60,625 bases of DNA from a virus (Duplodnaviria > Caudoviricetes). Position numbers and translations under genes: made by a program. The stretch spans positions 1 to 60,625 of IMG/VR virus record IMGVR_UViG_3300048996_000177; one strand, written 5' to 3'. This document shows positions 46,563 to 55,719 of this stretch, one piece after another. The notes under the pieces are model-generated. The model saw only the letters and a program-made list of their open reading frames with translations, did not search any database and was not told the DNA's origin. Numbering within the stretch: position 1 is the first letter of the stretch; every line of letters starts with the position of its first letter.

Positions 46563-49130
46563 ATGTCGGTGGGAAACCCCCGGATTGAGTTGGCAGTCCG
46601 CAATGCCGCGTGTACCGCGTGCAAGATGTATGTACAAGCCGATGGTGCAGATAGATGTGTGACGGCGAGCGGAAATTCAAAAGCCGATATTCTGGTGGTT
46701 TCCAAATCACCGTTGGGTGAACGAGGCAAAAAAGAGATCGTCACGTATTTGCAGCGGGCTGGTTTTGACTTGAACCAGTTCGCGTTCACCGGTGCGATCA
46801 AGTGTTTGGTGTGGGATCTAATCCCCGGCCGTAATGATTTGAAAGCATGCAAGGATTATTTGGACGCGGAGATTGAATTCATCCGTCCCAAATGGATTCT
46901 GGCGTTGGGTAACGAAGCGTTGTCATCCACGGCGGGCAAGTCCGGGATCATGAAACATCGAGCGGCGGTGTACACCCGCAAAGACGGCGTCAAAGTGATG
47001 GCTACCGTATCTCCCGCATCGGTGTACCGCAACCCCGGCCAGAAATCCGGGTTCGAGGCGGATCTGGAATACTTCAAACGGCTGACCGATGGTACCCAAG
47101 CTGATTTGAATCTCGAACCCACACCCGATCAATACCACGTGGTCGATGACAAAGAATCCATTCGCCAGATGATTTGGCGGTTGGAAAACGCCATGGCGGT
47201 GTCGTACGACATCGAGTCGAACGGGTTCGATGAATTCAAACCTGAATCACGAATGGTATCGTTGGCGGCAACCATCGAGTGGACCGATCCCAAGACCGCA
47301 CAGACGTTTTTAGACGTGTTTGCGGTGCCATTGTGGCATCCCGAATCGGTATGGCGGACGTCGTGGAAACGCGTGCTAGCAATCCTTGCGCCGTACCTGG
47401 TCAAGGTGAAACATCGCATTGCCCACAATGGCAAGTTTGACGGCCGGTGGATGCATGAATTCGGCATCGCCATTGACGAGACGTTCGACACGATGTTGGC
47501 TCTGCATCTGTTGGATGAAAACCGCCCCAAAGGATTGAAACCCGCAGCCCGCGTGATGCTGGGTGTGGAGCCATGGGCGATCGACACGAAGGATTTGGCA
47601 TCCACACCCATCGTGGAAGTGTTGTGGTACAACGCCTTGGACACGTGGTATACGTTCGGGTTGCGCAACATTCTTCGTGAACAGTTGTTGGAAAAGCCCC
47701 GGTTGGCCAAGCTATTCCAGCACATCATCATGCCCGCCTCGAACACGTTGGTTCACGTGGAACGCCGTGGGGTGTGGACAGACAAAGCCAAGCTCATGAA
47801 ACATTGGGCGATCGCACAGTCCGAATTGGAACGGGTCGATACTCAACTTCGTGCATGGGTGCCGGGAGACCACCCGTTCAAGAAGATCAAGAAACGTCGT
47901 GGCGGAGCGGTTGAGGTTATTGACGGCATTAACTTCAATCCGTCGAATTTTGCTCGGTGGTTTTTGTTTGATCATTTGGAAATGCCAATCATGGAACGGG
48001 GTAAGGACAAGCCGGATGGTTCTCCCGGTGACCCGTCAATGAAAGAATCCGTGTTGTTGGATTTGCAGGAACAGACCAACCACGAAGTCATCAACCTGAT
48101 GTTGGAACGGACGAAGTGGGAAAAATACACGTCGTCATTCTTCTCCGCATACGCCGAGCAAATTGGGGACGATGACCGAATCCACACCACATTTAAACTG
48201 ACGGGGACAGTAACAGGTAGATTGTCATCGGGCAAAGGTGACGAGGAGAAGGTTACGGCGAAGGTCCAGAACCGTGGTGTGAATATGCAACAGGTGCCGC
48301 GTGACGCATTCGTGCGTGGTATCTTCGGTGCGCCACCATCGTGGTATTTCGTGGAATTCGACTTCTCGCAAATTGAGTTGCGAGTGGCTGCATTCCTCGC
48401 TGGTGAACGAAATATGCTCCATTTGTACGCCAACGGAATCGACATTCACATGGCGATGGCCATGCGGATGACCGGCAAACCGGCCAGCGCCGTCACAAAG
48501 GAAGAACGTAAAAAGGCCAAGGCCGTGAACTTCGGATTCTTGTATGGGATGGGGTGGCGCAAATTCATCTCGACTGCATGGTCGACATACGGTGTGCGTG
48601 TTACCGAAGAGGAAGCCAAGGCATTCCGCAAAACATTCTTCGATGAATTCCCGTTGCTCATGAAATGGCATGCCGCGCAACGGCGCATTGCCCACAAACA
48701 CGGGTTCGTGTCTTCGCCGCTTGGTCGCGTGCGACACCTCCCGGACATCCACTCCCGTGACAAGGGTGTGGCCGCCGAAGCCGAACGTCAGGCCATCAAT
48801 TCACCGGTCCAGTCGTTCGCGTCGGATATGGCGTTGTGGTCGATGGTCATCGTGGATCGCAAGTTCAAGAAAATGGGATTGCAAGCCCGTGCGATCGGTA
48901 CCGTGCATGATGCGGTGAACTATGAAATCCCCAAGGAAGAATTGGCTGTGGCGTTGCCGATCATCAAGGACGTCATGGAGAATTTGCCGTTGCAAGAGGT
49001 ATTCGGCATTGACCTGACGGTACCGATCGTGGCCGATTGCAAGGTTGGCACACGCTGGGGTGGCGCGACGGAAATCAGCCCCGAGTCCGTATACGATTGG
49101 GACGATTCGTTGTTGGCGACGATTGGATGA
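46563..49130 (+). CDS. polA: Family A DNA polymerase with N-terminal UDG-like domain and 3'-5' exonuclease
   Basis: Exonuclease YDIE / HNGKFD / YNALD; polymerase DFSQIELR, KAVNFGFLYG, TVHDA; N-terminal CTAC...KC...C family-4 UDG-like region. Confidence 0.93.
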   Translation: MSVGNPRIELAVRNAACTACKMYVQADGADRCVTASGNSKADILVVSKSPLGERGKKEIVTYLQRAGFDLNQFAFTGAIKCLVWDLIPGRNDLKACKDYLDAEIEFIRPKWILALGNEALSSTAGKSGIMKHRAAVYTRKDGVKVMATVSPASVYRNPGQKSGFEADLEYFKRLTDGTQADLNLEPTPDQYHVVDDKESIRQMIWRLENAMAVSYDIESNGFDEFKPESRMVSLAATIEWTDPKTAQTFLDVFAVPLWHPESVWRTSWKRVLAILAPYLVKVKHRIAHNGKFDGRWMHEFGIAIDETFDTMLALHLLDENRPKGLKPAARVMLGVEPWAIDTKDLASTPIVEVLWYNALDTWYTFGLRNILREQLLEKPRLAKLFQHIIMPASNTLVHVERRGVWTDKAKLMKHWAIAQSELERVDTQLRAWVPGDHPFKKIKKRRGGAVEVIDGINFNPSNFARWFLFDHLEMPIMERGKDKPDGSPGDPSMKESVLLDLQEQTNHEVINLMLERTKWEKYTSSFFSAYAEQIGDDDRIHTTFKLTGTVTGRLSSGKGDEEKVTAKVQNRGVNMQQVPRDAFVRGIFGAPPSWYFVEFDFSQIELRVAAFLAGERNMLHLYANGIDIHMAMAMRMTGKPASAVTKEERKKAKAVNFGFLYGMGWRKFISTAWSTYGVRVTEEEAKAFRKTFFDEFPLLMKWHAAQRRIAHKHGFVSSPLGRVRHLPDIHSRDKGVAAEAERQAINSPVQSFASDMALWSMVIVDRKFKKMGLQARAIGTVHDAVNYEIPKEELAVALPIIKDVMENLPLQEVFGIDLTVPIVADCKVGTRWGGATEISPESVYDWDDSLLATIG

Positions 49131-49321
49131 TGATGAAGATACGGACGTTCCCCATGCGGAGCAACACCACGCGGGTGTGGAGATTCCAGTGGGCGGTGAA
49201 AGGTGGCGGACCCGTATTGAAATCGGAATCCAAGTGGTGGCGTCACCTGTCCGGTATTGTCATCAACCACGGCAGTCGGCACACCGTCATCATGTGGCGA
49301 AATTGGGAAGGGGTAATCTGA
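49127..49321 (+). CDS. Hypothetical protein
   Basis: ATGA / TGATG coupling. Confidence 0.5.
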   Translation: MMMKIRTFPMRSNTTRVWRFQWAVKGGGPVLKSESKWWRHLSGIVINHGSRHTVIMWRNWEGVI

Positions 49322-49599
49322 TGAATGACCAGTGGGCGATGAAAAAACTGGTGTTGATCGTGGACGGGCTGATTGGCGCGGTCAACGAATTGGCGTTGCA
49401 GGCGGCTGCGGAACACGACATCGAAACCGGGGTGGCATCGACGTACATGGAGTGCGTACAGGACGAACTGGACTCCGTACGGTCCTATTTGGGCGCGCGG
49501 TCGTGGGATGAAATGTACCCCGTACAGCCGCCCATACCGCAACGACACGTTCCGCCACACCTGCGGACACGCGGGCGATTCCCATGGCGTCGTTCGTGA
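49321..49599 (+). CDS. Hypothetical protein
   Basis: GAAGGGG RBS; coupled start. Confidence 0.55.
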   Translation: MNDQWAMKKLVLIVDGLIGAVNELALQAAAEHDIETGVASTYMECVQDELDSVRSYLGARSWDEMYPVQPPIPQRHVPPHLRTRGRFPWRRS

Positions 49600-50645
49600 C
49601 GGCGCTTTACGTGACGGATGAAGGTCAGTCCGTCGTCACACATTCAATGATCAAGTCCGCCCGCGACTGCATGAATATGACCAAGTACAAATACGCGGAA
49701 CGGTTGAAACCGAAATCCGAACAGGGTCCGTTGAAACGCGGGAAGTGGATCCACGCGTTGTTGGAAGTTCATTATACCGGCGGGGATTGGCGAGACGAAC
49801 ACAAGAAATGGGTCAAGCAATACAAGTCGTTGTTCGAAGAAGAACAGGACAAGTTGGGGCCATTACCCGAGATGATTGAACAGATCATGCGTGGGTATTT
49901 TTGGCATTACAAGAACGATGAAGATTGGATCGTTCATGAAACAGAATTCACCGTTGAGGCGGAATTCCCCGACGGTACCTTATACCGTGGACGGGTGGAC
50001 AACCTGGTTGAAACCCGATATGGGCTCTACCTTGTTGATCACAAGTCACACAATTACCTGCCCGGATCCACACATCGGTTGCTTGACGCACAGTCGGTGC
50101 TTTACATCTGGGCCGCCCGAAAGATGAGGATTCCCGTCAAGGGGTTCATCTGGAATTACATTCGTGCGAAGCCGCAGGCCAAATGGCGTTTCAAGCAGAA
50201 TGGAGAATTGTACGCCAACATCGGCGAGACGGATTTCCCCACAGCCGTGGCATCGTTGAAAGCGGCCGGGAAAAATTACAAGGATCCACAGTGGCGTGAT
50301 CGGTTGTTGGCATTGCAGAAGATGCGGTACAAAAAGGACGCCATACAGATGTCCCCATTTTTCCGGCGCGAGACGTTGGAAAAAGACAACGACTTGATCC
50401 GGGAAATCCTCGCGTCGGCGATCCGCACAGCCAACACGTTGAACACCTACGATTTCGACGCGCCGGGTGTGGAACGGAATCCCGGTCGTAGGTGTGAATG
50501 GGGGTGCTCGTACACCAATCTGTGCACAACTGAATTGTTGGGGGGTAATGCCGATATGGTGCGGAAACGTGAGTTTAAAATCGGTGACCCCATGGCGTAT
50601 TACCAGGATTCAAAAGACGAAGGCGGGGAGGATCGTTTTGGGTAA
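49584..50645 (+). CDS. PD-(D/E)xK exonuclease (RecB/Cas4-like)
   Basis: GKWIH, GRVD...VDHKS, Q..LY, C-terminal C..GC.Y...C. Confidence 0.85.
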   Translation: MASFVTALYVTDEGQSVVTHSMIKSARDCMNMTKYKYAERLKPKSEQGPLKRGKWIHALLEVHYTGGDWRDEHKKWVKQYKSLFEEEQDKLGPLPEMIEQIMRGYFWHYKNDEDWIVHETEFTVEAEFPDGTLYRGRVDNLVETRYGLYLVDHKSHNYLPGSTHRLLDAQSVLYIWAARKMRIPVKGFIWNYIRAKPQAKWRFKQNGELYANIGETDFPTAVASLKAAGKNYKDPQWRDRLLALQKMRYKKDAIQMSPFFRRETLEKDNDLIREILASAIRTANTLNTYDFDAPGVERNPGRRCEWGCSYTNLCTTELLGGNADMVRKREFKIGDPMAYYQDSKDEGGEDRFG

Positions 50646-50646
50646 C

Positions 50647-50973
50647 ATGCGTTGTCGGTCAGTATCCGAAATGACCGCCCGGTCCATCGCCAATTTCTGG
50701 TCCCATGTGGACAAGACCGACGAGTGTTGGTTGTGGACGGCTTCAGTTTTTGTTGCAAATGGATACGGGCAATTCAAAGGTGGCCCGTCCACACGGGCAC
50801 ATCGGGTTGCGTGGGAATTGGTTAAGGGCCCATGTCCCAAACCTCCATTGGAGCCGAACCACAAATGCCGTGTGCGACGATGTGTCAACCCGGATCACAT
50901 CGAATGGGTAACCCATAAGGAAAATTTGGAATACGCGAACAGGGTACGAAACGAACTGGGACAATACGTTTAG
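50647..50973 (+). CDS. HNH endonuclease
   Basis: FWSHVDK..CWLW...GYG...AHR...HKC..RRCVNPDHI...ENL. Confidence 0.85.
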   Translation: MRCRSVSEMTARSIANFWSHVDKTDECWLWTASVFVANGYGQFKGGPSTRAHRVAWELVKGPCPKPPLEPNHKCRVRRCVNPDHIEWVTHKENLEYANRVRNELGQYV

Positions 50974-50998
50974 TAGACCGGAAAGACGAGAAAGAAGA

Positions 50999-51235
50999 AT
51001 GAGCCAACAGTATTTGATCGTGGCCGTCATCGAAGTAGATGAGCCGCAACTGTCCAACATCGTTGCCGCGTCGTCATATGTCGAACGATTGCTCATGGGC
51101 GACGGCACGATCATCAATCGGTGCAAGGTGATCGCAACTGATGAAACAGCCGGGAAGGTGATTTCGTGGGGGGAGAATGACGACCGCATATTCACTGCCA
51201 ATCCGATTCTCCCCGAAATGGGGTACAACACCTGA
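50999..51235 (+). CDS. Hypothetical protein
   Basis: TGATG coupling to thyX. Confidence 0.6.
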   Translation: MSQQYLIVAVIEVDEPQLSNIVAASSYVERLLMGDGTIINRCKVIATDETAGKVISWGENDDRIFTANPILPEMGYNT

Positions 51236-52014
51236 TGGATGTCACCCTGGTTGCCCACACCGTCCTGTCCGAAGATATTACGAGCACCCACATCAGCAGC
51301 GCCATCGAACGATGGATGGCCCCGGTGGATGGTAAAACCCGGTCTATCGCGGACTACGATTATGACGCGGATGTGTTGGCCGAGTTCGCCGGACGTTCGT
51401 GTTATCAGTCGTTCAACCGGCCGAATCCGAAGACTGCCGCCAACAATGATTACCTGGCACACATTCTCGAATCGGCGCACGAATCGGTTCTGGAACACGC
51501 GTCGGCTACGTTCTACGTGACGGGTGTGTCGCGGTCACTCACGCATGAATTGATCCGTCACCGGCACTTGTCATATTCCGAGTTGTCCCAACGGTTCGTG
51601 GACATCGCACCGTCCAAAGAGAACAAGGCCGGTATGGCGTGGATCGTGCCATCCGGGTTAAACGTGACCGACGACCATGAAGTCATCCGGCCCATCACGG
51701 CGGTGCTGAACGACATCGTAACGCCCCTTTACCGGTCGATGGTGGAATCGTTGATGAGTCGTGGGAAAACGCGTAAGGAAGCGCGTCAGGCCGCGCGTGC
51801 CGTCATGCCGAACATGATGGAAACCAGAATTGTCGTCACGGGCAACATGCGGGCGTGGCGGGATGTGATCAAGAAGCGATACCACGTGGCGGCAGACGCG
51901 GAAATTCGGGAGTTTGCAAAGATCGTTTTGAATGAATTACGATCGATTGCGCCGAACACATTCCAGGATATGCCACACGAGCCATTCGGTTCGATGGAAA
52001 AGGGAAAGGGGTGA
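51235..52014 (+). CDS. thyX: FAD-dependent thymidylate synthase ThyX
   Basis: EFAGRSCY, HESVLEH, RHRHLSYSELSQR, GNMRAW, EIR. Confidence 0.93.
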   Translation: MDVTLVAHTVLSEDITSTHISSAIERWMAPVDGKTRSIADYDYDADVLAEFAGRSCYQSFNRPNPKTAANNDYLAHILESAHESVLEHASATFYVTGVSRSLTHELIRHRHLSYSELSQRFVDIAPSKENKAGMAWIVPSGLNVTDDHEVIRPITAVLNDIVTPLYRSMVESLMSRGKTRKEARQAARAVMPNMMETRIVVTGNMRAWRDVIKKRYHVAADAEIREFAKIVLNELRSIAPNTFQDMPHEPFGSMEKGKG

Positions 52015-52017
52015 CGA

Positions 52018-52881
52018 ATGGCGGCTAAACCGGTGCGGTCGTCGGCGTCGAAAAAGTCATCGTCGTCCGGCAAAGATTACGAAGCGATCGCACGGAAGTA
52101 CATCACCACACCGACCGAAAAAGGTGAAACCCGAAAATTGCCTCGAATTCTGGTTTATGGCCGGAACAAAAAGGGAAAGACGACGTTCATGTCGTCGGCA
52201 CCGAATGTTCTGATCATCGACCCGGAAGAGGGTACCGATGAATTGACCAAGAAGAATCCCAAGGTGTGGCCGGTCGATTCATGGGAAGACTTGGACAACG
52301 TTTACAAATACCTGAAACTGGGGACACACCCGTACGAATGGGTTGCCTTGGACGGCATGACGAAGATCCACAACATGGCATTGCGGTGGGTTATGAATCA
52401 GGCCGAAGAACAGGATTTGGACCGGAAGCCCGGGCTGGTGCAACAACGGGACTACGGACGTGCGGGTGAAATGACGAAAGGGCTGTTGTGGAATTTCCAT
52501 AACCTCCCGATCGGGGTCATTTTCTCGGCACAGGAACGTGTGGTCCAACCGGAATTCGCCGACGATGCCGATGCCGAAATGGAGGATGCGGCGGCGGCAT
52601 ATGTGCCTGATTTGCCCGCTGGCGCACGATCCACGTTGAATTCGATCGTCGGCATCATCGGACGGATTTACATCGTCAGAGGGGATTTCAAGGTCCGTAA
52701 CAAAAAAACGGGCAAGGTTGAATTACGGGAAGGTACGTTGCAGCGCCGGTTGTGGCTGGAACCGAACGCGGCATACGACACCGGGTACAGGTCGGAATAT
52801 GAATTGCCGCCATTCATTCCGAATCCGACCGTACCCAAACTGGTAAACCTGATCCGTACCGGATCGGTAAAGGGAGTATAA
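52018..52881 (+). CDS. AAA-family ATPase (Sak4/RecA-like recombination protein)
   Basis: LVYGRNKKGKTT, IIDPEEG, VALDG; sits between exonuclease and SSB. Confidence 0.8.
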   Translation: MAAKPVRSSASKKSSSSGKDYEAIARKYITTPTEKGETRKLPRILVYGRNKKGKTTFMSSAPNVLIIDPEEGTDELTKKNPKVWPVDSWEDLDNVYKYLKLGTHPYEWVALDGMTKIHNMALRWVMNQAEEQDLDRKPGLVQQRDYGRAGEMTKGLLWNFHNLPIGVIFSAQERVVQPEFADDADAEMEDAAAAYVPDLPAGARSTLNSIVGIIGRIYIVRGDFKVRNKKTGKVELREGTLQRRLWLEPNAAYDTGYRSEYELPPFIPNPTVPKLVNLIRTGSVKGV

Positions 52882-52885
52882 GCAC

Positions 52886-53653
52886 ATGGCATCAGAGTTG
52901 AAGCGCGCCAAAGCCAAGGTCATGGACATGACCGACGTCAAGGAACGCGGTCCGTTCAACCCGGTCCGACAGGAATCCGGGGATTACCTGGCGAAGATCG
53001 TCGACGTGTTCGAAACCGACAGCAAGGCGGGTGACCCGATGTGGGTTTTCGCCGTGCAACTGGACGAGCAGAAGTCGGCCGTATACCCGATGTACTGCCT
53101 GTTGAACCCGGACAACTTCTGGAAGATCCGAATGATGTGCGTGGCCACAGGAATGGCCATTCCGAAGAAGCGCATCAAAATCGAACCGGCCAAGCTGATC
53201 GGAAAGATGATCGGCATTTCGTTGGAAGACGACGAATACGACGGCAAAATGAAGTCCGTCATCGACAAGGCATTCCCCAAGTCCGAACTGGGCGGGAAGG
53301 CCGACGACGAAGACATCGACGATGATGACGTTGATGACGAGGATGAAGACGACGACGAGCCGGAACCGCCCAAGAAGTCGAAAAAGGCACCGGCCAAGAA
53401 ATCGAAGAAAAAGGCCGCTCCTGTCGAGGAAGATGACGACGAGGATGAGGACGAAGAAGACGACGATGAGGATGACGAGGACGAAGAGGAAGAAGTCCCC
53501 GTCAAGAAAAAGGCCGCCGGAAAAAAGGTGAAGGGATCGACCAAGGTTCCCGCCAAAAAGGCCAAGGCCAAAAAGAAGGCCAAGGTCGAAGACGACGACG
53601 ATGACGATGTGGATGACGACGACCTCGATGAACTCGACGTTGACGACATTTAA
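52886..53653 (+). CDS. ssDNA-binding protein (DUF669-like) with a long K/D/E tail
   Basis: GDYLAKIVD...SKAG.PM...LIGK...EYDGK core, acidic C-terminus. Confidence 0.75.
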   Translation: MASELKRAKAKVMDMTDVKERGPFNPVRQESGDYLAKIVDVFETDSKAGDPMWVFAVQLDEQKSAVYPMYCLLNPDNFWKIRMMCVATGMAIPKKRIKIEPAKLIGKMIGISLEDDEYDGKMKSVIDKAFPKSELGGKADDEDIDDDDVDDEDEDDDEPEPPKKSKKAPAKKSKKKAAPVEEDDDEDEDEEDDDEDDEDEEEEVPVKKKAAGKKVKGSTKVPAKKAKAKKKAKVEDDDDDDVDDDDLDELDVDDI

Positions 53654-53866
53654 TCCCATCGGGTAACGTCCATTATGTACGGCGGTTTCATCCCGTTGAC
53701 ACACAATAGAATCCCCCTTTGACCCGTATTTAGTCGGATACGGATCTAACCCCCGGTCGATTCTCCCCCCGCATCGGCCGGACGGAGTGCCCCATCGTTG
53801 CCGTTTTCCTTCCCAGTTTTTCGGCGATGGTGGGGCATTTCCACACCCAAATGAGTTTTGGAGACA

Positions 53867-54259
53867 ATGATGGCCGGGCCCGAGACGAGAATTGTCGCGT
53901 CGATCAAAAAGGAATTGAAGGCGCGAGGTGCATTCTGTTTCAAGGTACACGGATCAGAACATATGATGGCGGGTTTGCCCGATCTGATCGTGTGCTACAA
54001 AGGATTATTCATCGGATTGGAGGTGAAAACCCCGGTGGGTGTGGTGTCGGCGGTCCAGCATTACGTGCATGGGCAAATCCGATCGCCCGGCGCGGATGGC
54101 ATCGCAGAGGTGGTCACATCGGCCGCTGAGGTCGTGGCCATATTGAATCGGGTCGATGTGTACGCGGCGGCCGTATCGCGCGGCACAGGGCCAATCAGGC
54201 GTCATTTGGCGTTGTGGCGTGATCGCAATAAAAAAGCCACCCCGAAGGGTGGCCAGTGA
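53867..54259 (+). CDS. VRR-NUC domain nuclease (probable Holliday junction resolvase)
   Basis: E..I...GLPDLI...LEVK...S..Q. Confidence 0.85.
   Translation: MMAGPETRIVASIKKELKARGAFCFKVHGSEHMMAGLPDLIVCYKGLFIGLEVKTPVGVVSAVQHYVHGQIRSPGADGIAEVVTSAAEVVAILNRVDVYAAAVSRGTGPIRRHLALWRDRNKKATPKGGQ
54230..54253 (-). terminator. Intrinsic terminator for the leftward operon
   Basis: Minus strand reads GCCACCC-TTCG-GGGTGGC-TTTTTT. Confidence 0.85.
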
Positions 54260-54272
54260 CGACGATCGGGGG

Positions 54273-55358
54273 TTACCCGTTGGCCGCGCGGTACGCGGAT
54301 CGGCATGCCGTACGCGCCGATGTGGTGGATGGGTGGGTGCACGCCGCATGCGACAGGCGTCCGTTGACCATCGCGGGACCGCCATCGGTGGGTGTGGAAT
54401 CCAACCGCCCAACCGGGGGGACGGCGTCGGCAACGATTTTAATGGCGTTGATCAGATCCACGATTTCGGATGCACGGCGGGGGGTGGCGTCACGGGCGAC
54501 AACCAGGTTTCGCAACCCGATCCATGAATCGACGTCAACCCCGGCGTCGTTCAAGCTTTTGATCAGGTTGTCGACAACCACGATGTTCGGGTCGAAATCC
54601 TCGACGCGGGTGGTGGGTTCCGGGGTGTTGTCCGCGACCGTGGAGGTTTCGATTTCGGCATTGGTGCGGGGGGCATCATCGGTGCGGGTCAGGCGTCCCC
54701 CGCAAATCGGGCCGATGCCCGCGTCGATCGATTCCGGGTTGGTCAGGGTCCGTCCGCACATCATGCACCGGCCCGTCCGGCGACCGAACGCGGCAGCGAT
54801 TTCATACGACACCACGTCGTCCGACGACAGGTTTTTGACCACACCTGGGGTGTACACCCATTCGCCCGTGGCCGGGTCCAATACGACCGCGTACGGTTTG
54901 CCGGACGTCCGCGAGATTTTGACGCGGGCAACGGTGTCGTCGTACGTGTAAAAACCTTCCGCGATGACGCGACCCCGGGTGATCGGTTTCGCGGGGTTGA
55001 CCGTGCGCACGATGTTGGTGCCCGGGATGTTGCGCGTCACCGGTGCGTCATCCACCGGGGTGATTTTGGTCATTTTGACCGGACGGGATTTGCCCGTGGA
55101 TTTGCGTCCCGTGGACGCCGGTTTGGTTTCCCCGCCCAATTTGATGCCGCCGTTGGCCATGGCACCGGCCGACGACAACGGGCCGTCGTATGTGGCGGCG
55201 CATTTGTTCGCCACGGTCGCCCGTTGGGCCGGTGTGGTGTCGCGTGATGCGAATTCGGCCACCATGCCAGGGTTGGTGCGATCGTAGGCGTTGATCAACG
55301 CCTTGGTGGTCAAGTGCTCGTACCCAGTACGGGTGTTGGTGCCGCGTGTCGTCGTCAT
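54273..55358 (-). CDS. DUF6011-like zinc-finger protein with C-terminal His/Cys module
   Basis: CMMCGRTLTNPESIDAGIGPIC; HAACTHPSTTSARTACR; TACGAT, 6 bp, ATG. Confidence 0.8.
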   Translation of the reverse strand: MTTTRGTNTRTGYEHLTTKALINAYDRTNPGMVAEFASRDTTPAQRATVANKCAATYDGPLSSAGAMANGGIKLGGETKPASTGRKSTGKSRPVKMTKITPVDDAPVTRNIPGTNIVRTVNPAKPITRGRVIAEGFYTYDDTVARVKISRTSGKPYAVVLDPATGEWVYTPGVVKNLSSDDVVSYEIAAAFGRRTGRCMMCGRTLTNPESIDAGIGPICGGRLTRTDDAPRTNAEIETSTVADNTPEPTTRVEDFDPNIVVVDNLIKSLNDAGVDVDSWIGLRNLVVARDATPRRASEIVDLINAIKIVADAVPPVGRLDSTPTDGGPAMVNGRLSHAACTHPSTTSARTACRSAYRAANG

Positions 55359-55442
55359 GCGACGATCGTAAGGCATTTTGAAGATCCAACTGGAAAAATG
55401 ACCCCACACCCCGCAAGGTGTGAGGCCATCGTTATCAACCGG

Positions 55443-55712
55443 TTAGGTCATGTCGAACCCCCGTTCGATCGCCGTCACCATGTCGAACGTGGCGTTAGGG
55501 CCGGTGATGGACGGGTGACGGGCGATCATGCCCGCGAACACGTCGTACACGGCCGACATGGCCGCACCGTGGTCCACCAATGTGCCGTGCCCCAACGCGG
55601 CGGACGACCACATCAACAGGGTATTCGGTCCGTCCACACCCAACGCCTTGGCGACCGTGACGGCGGTGTGGGCCAAGAGTTCAATCGATTCGATGTTCAT
55701 AGATTTCACCAT
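55443..55712 (-). CDS. Hypothetical protein
   Basis: ORF in the leftward array. Confidence 0.55.
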   Translation of the reverse strand: MVKSMNIESIELLAHTAVTVAKALGVDGPNTLLMWSSAALGHGTLVDHGAAMSAVYDVFAGMIARHPSITGPNATFDMVTAIERGFDMT

Positions 55713-55719
55713 ATCCCGA

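Noticed and set aside
49584-50645. Cas4-like nuclease as a sign of a CRISPR system
   Set aside because: No repeat-spacer array or other cas genes were seen; it sits in a standard exonuclease-ATPase-SSB recombination module.
53655-53860. Intergenic hairpins and a TTGACA after the SSB gene as an ncRNA or promoter
   Set aside because: No -10 at proper spacing; the two hairpins are adequately explained as a terminator or mRNA stabiliser.
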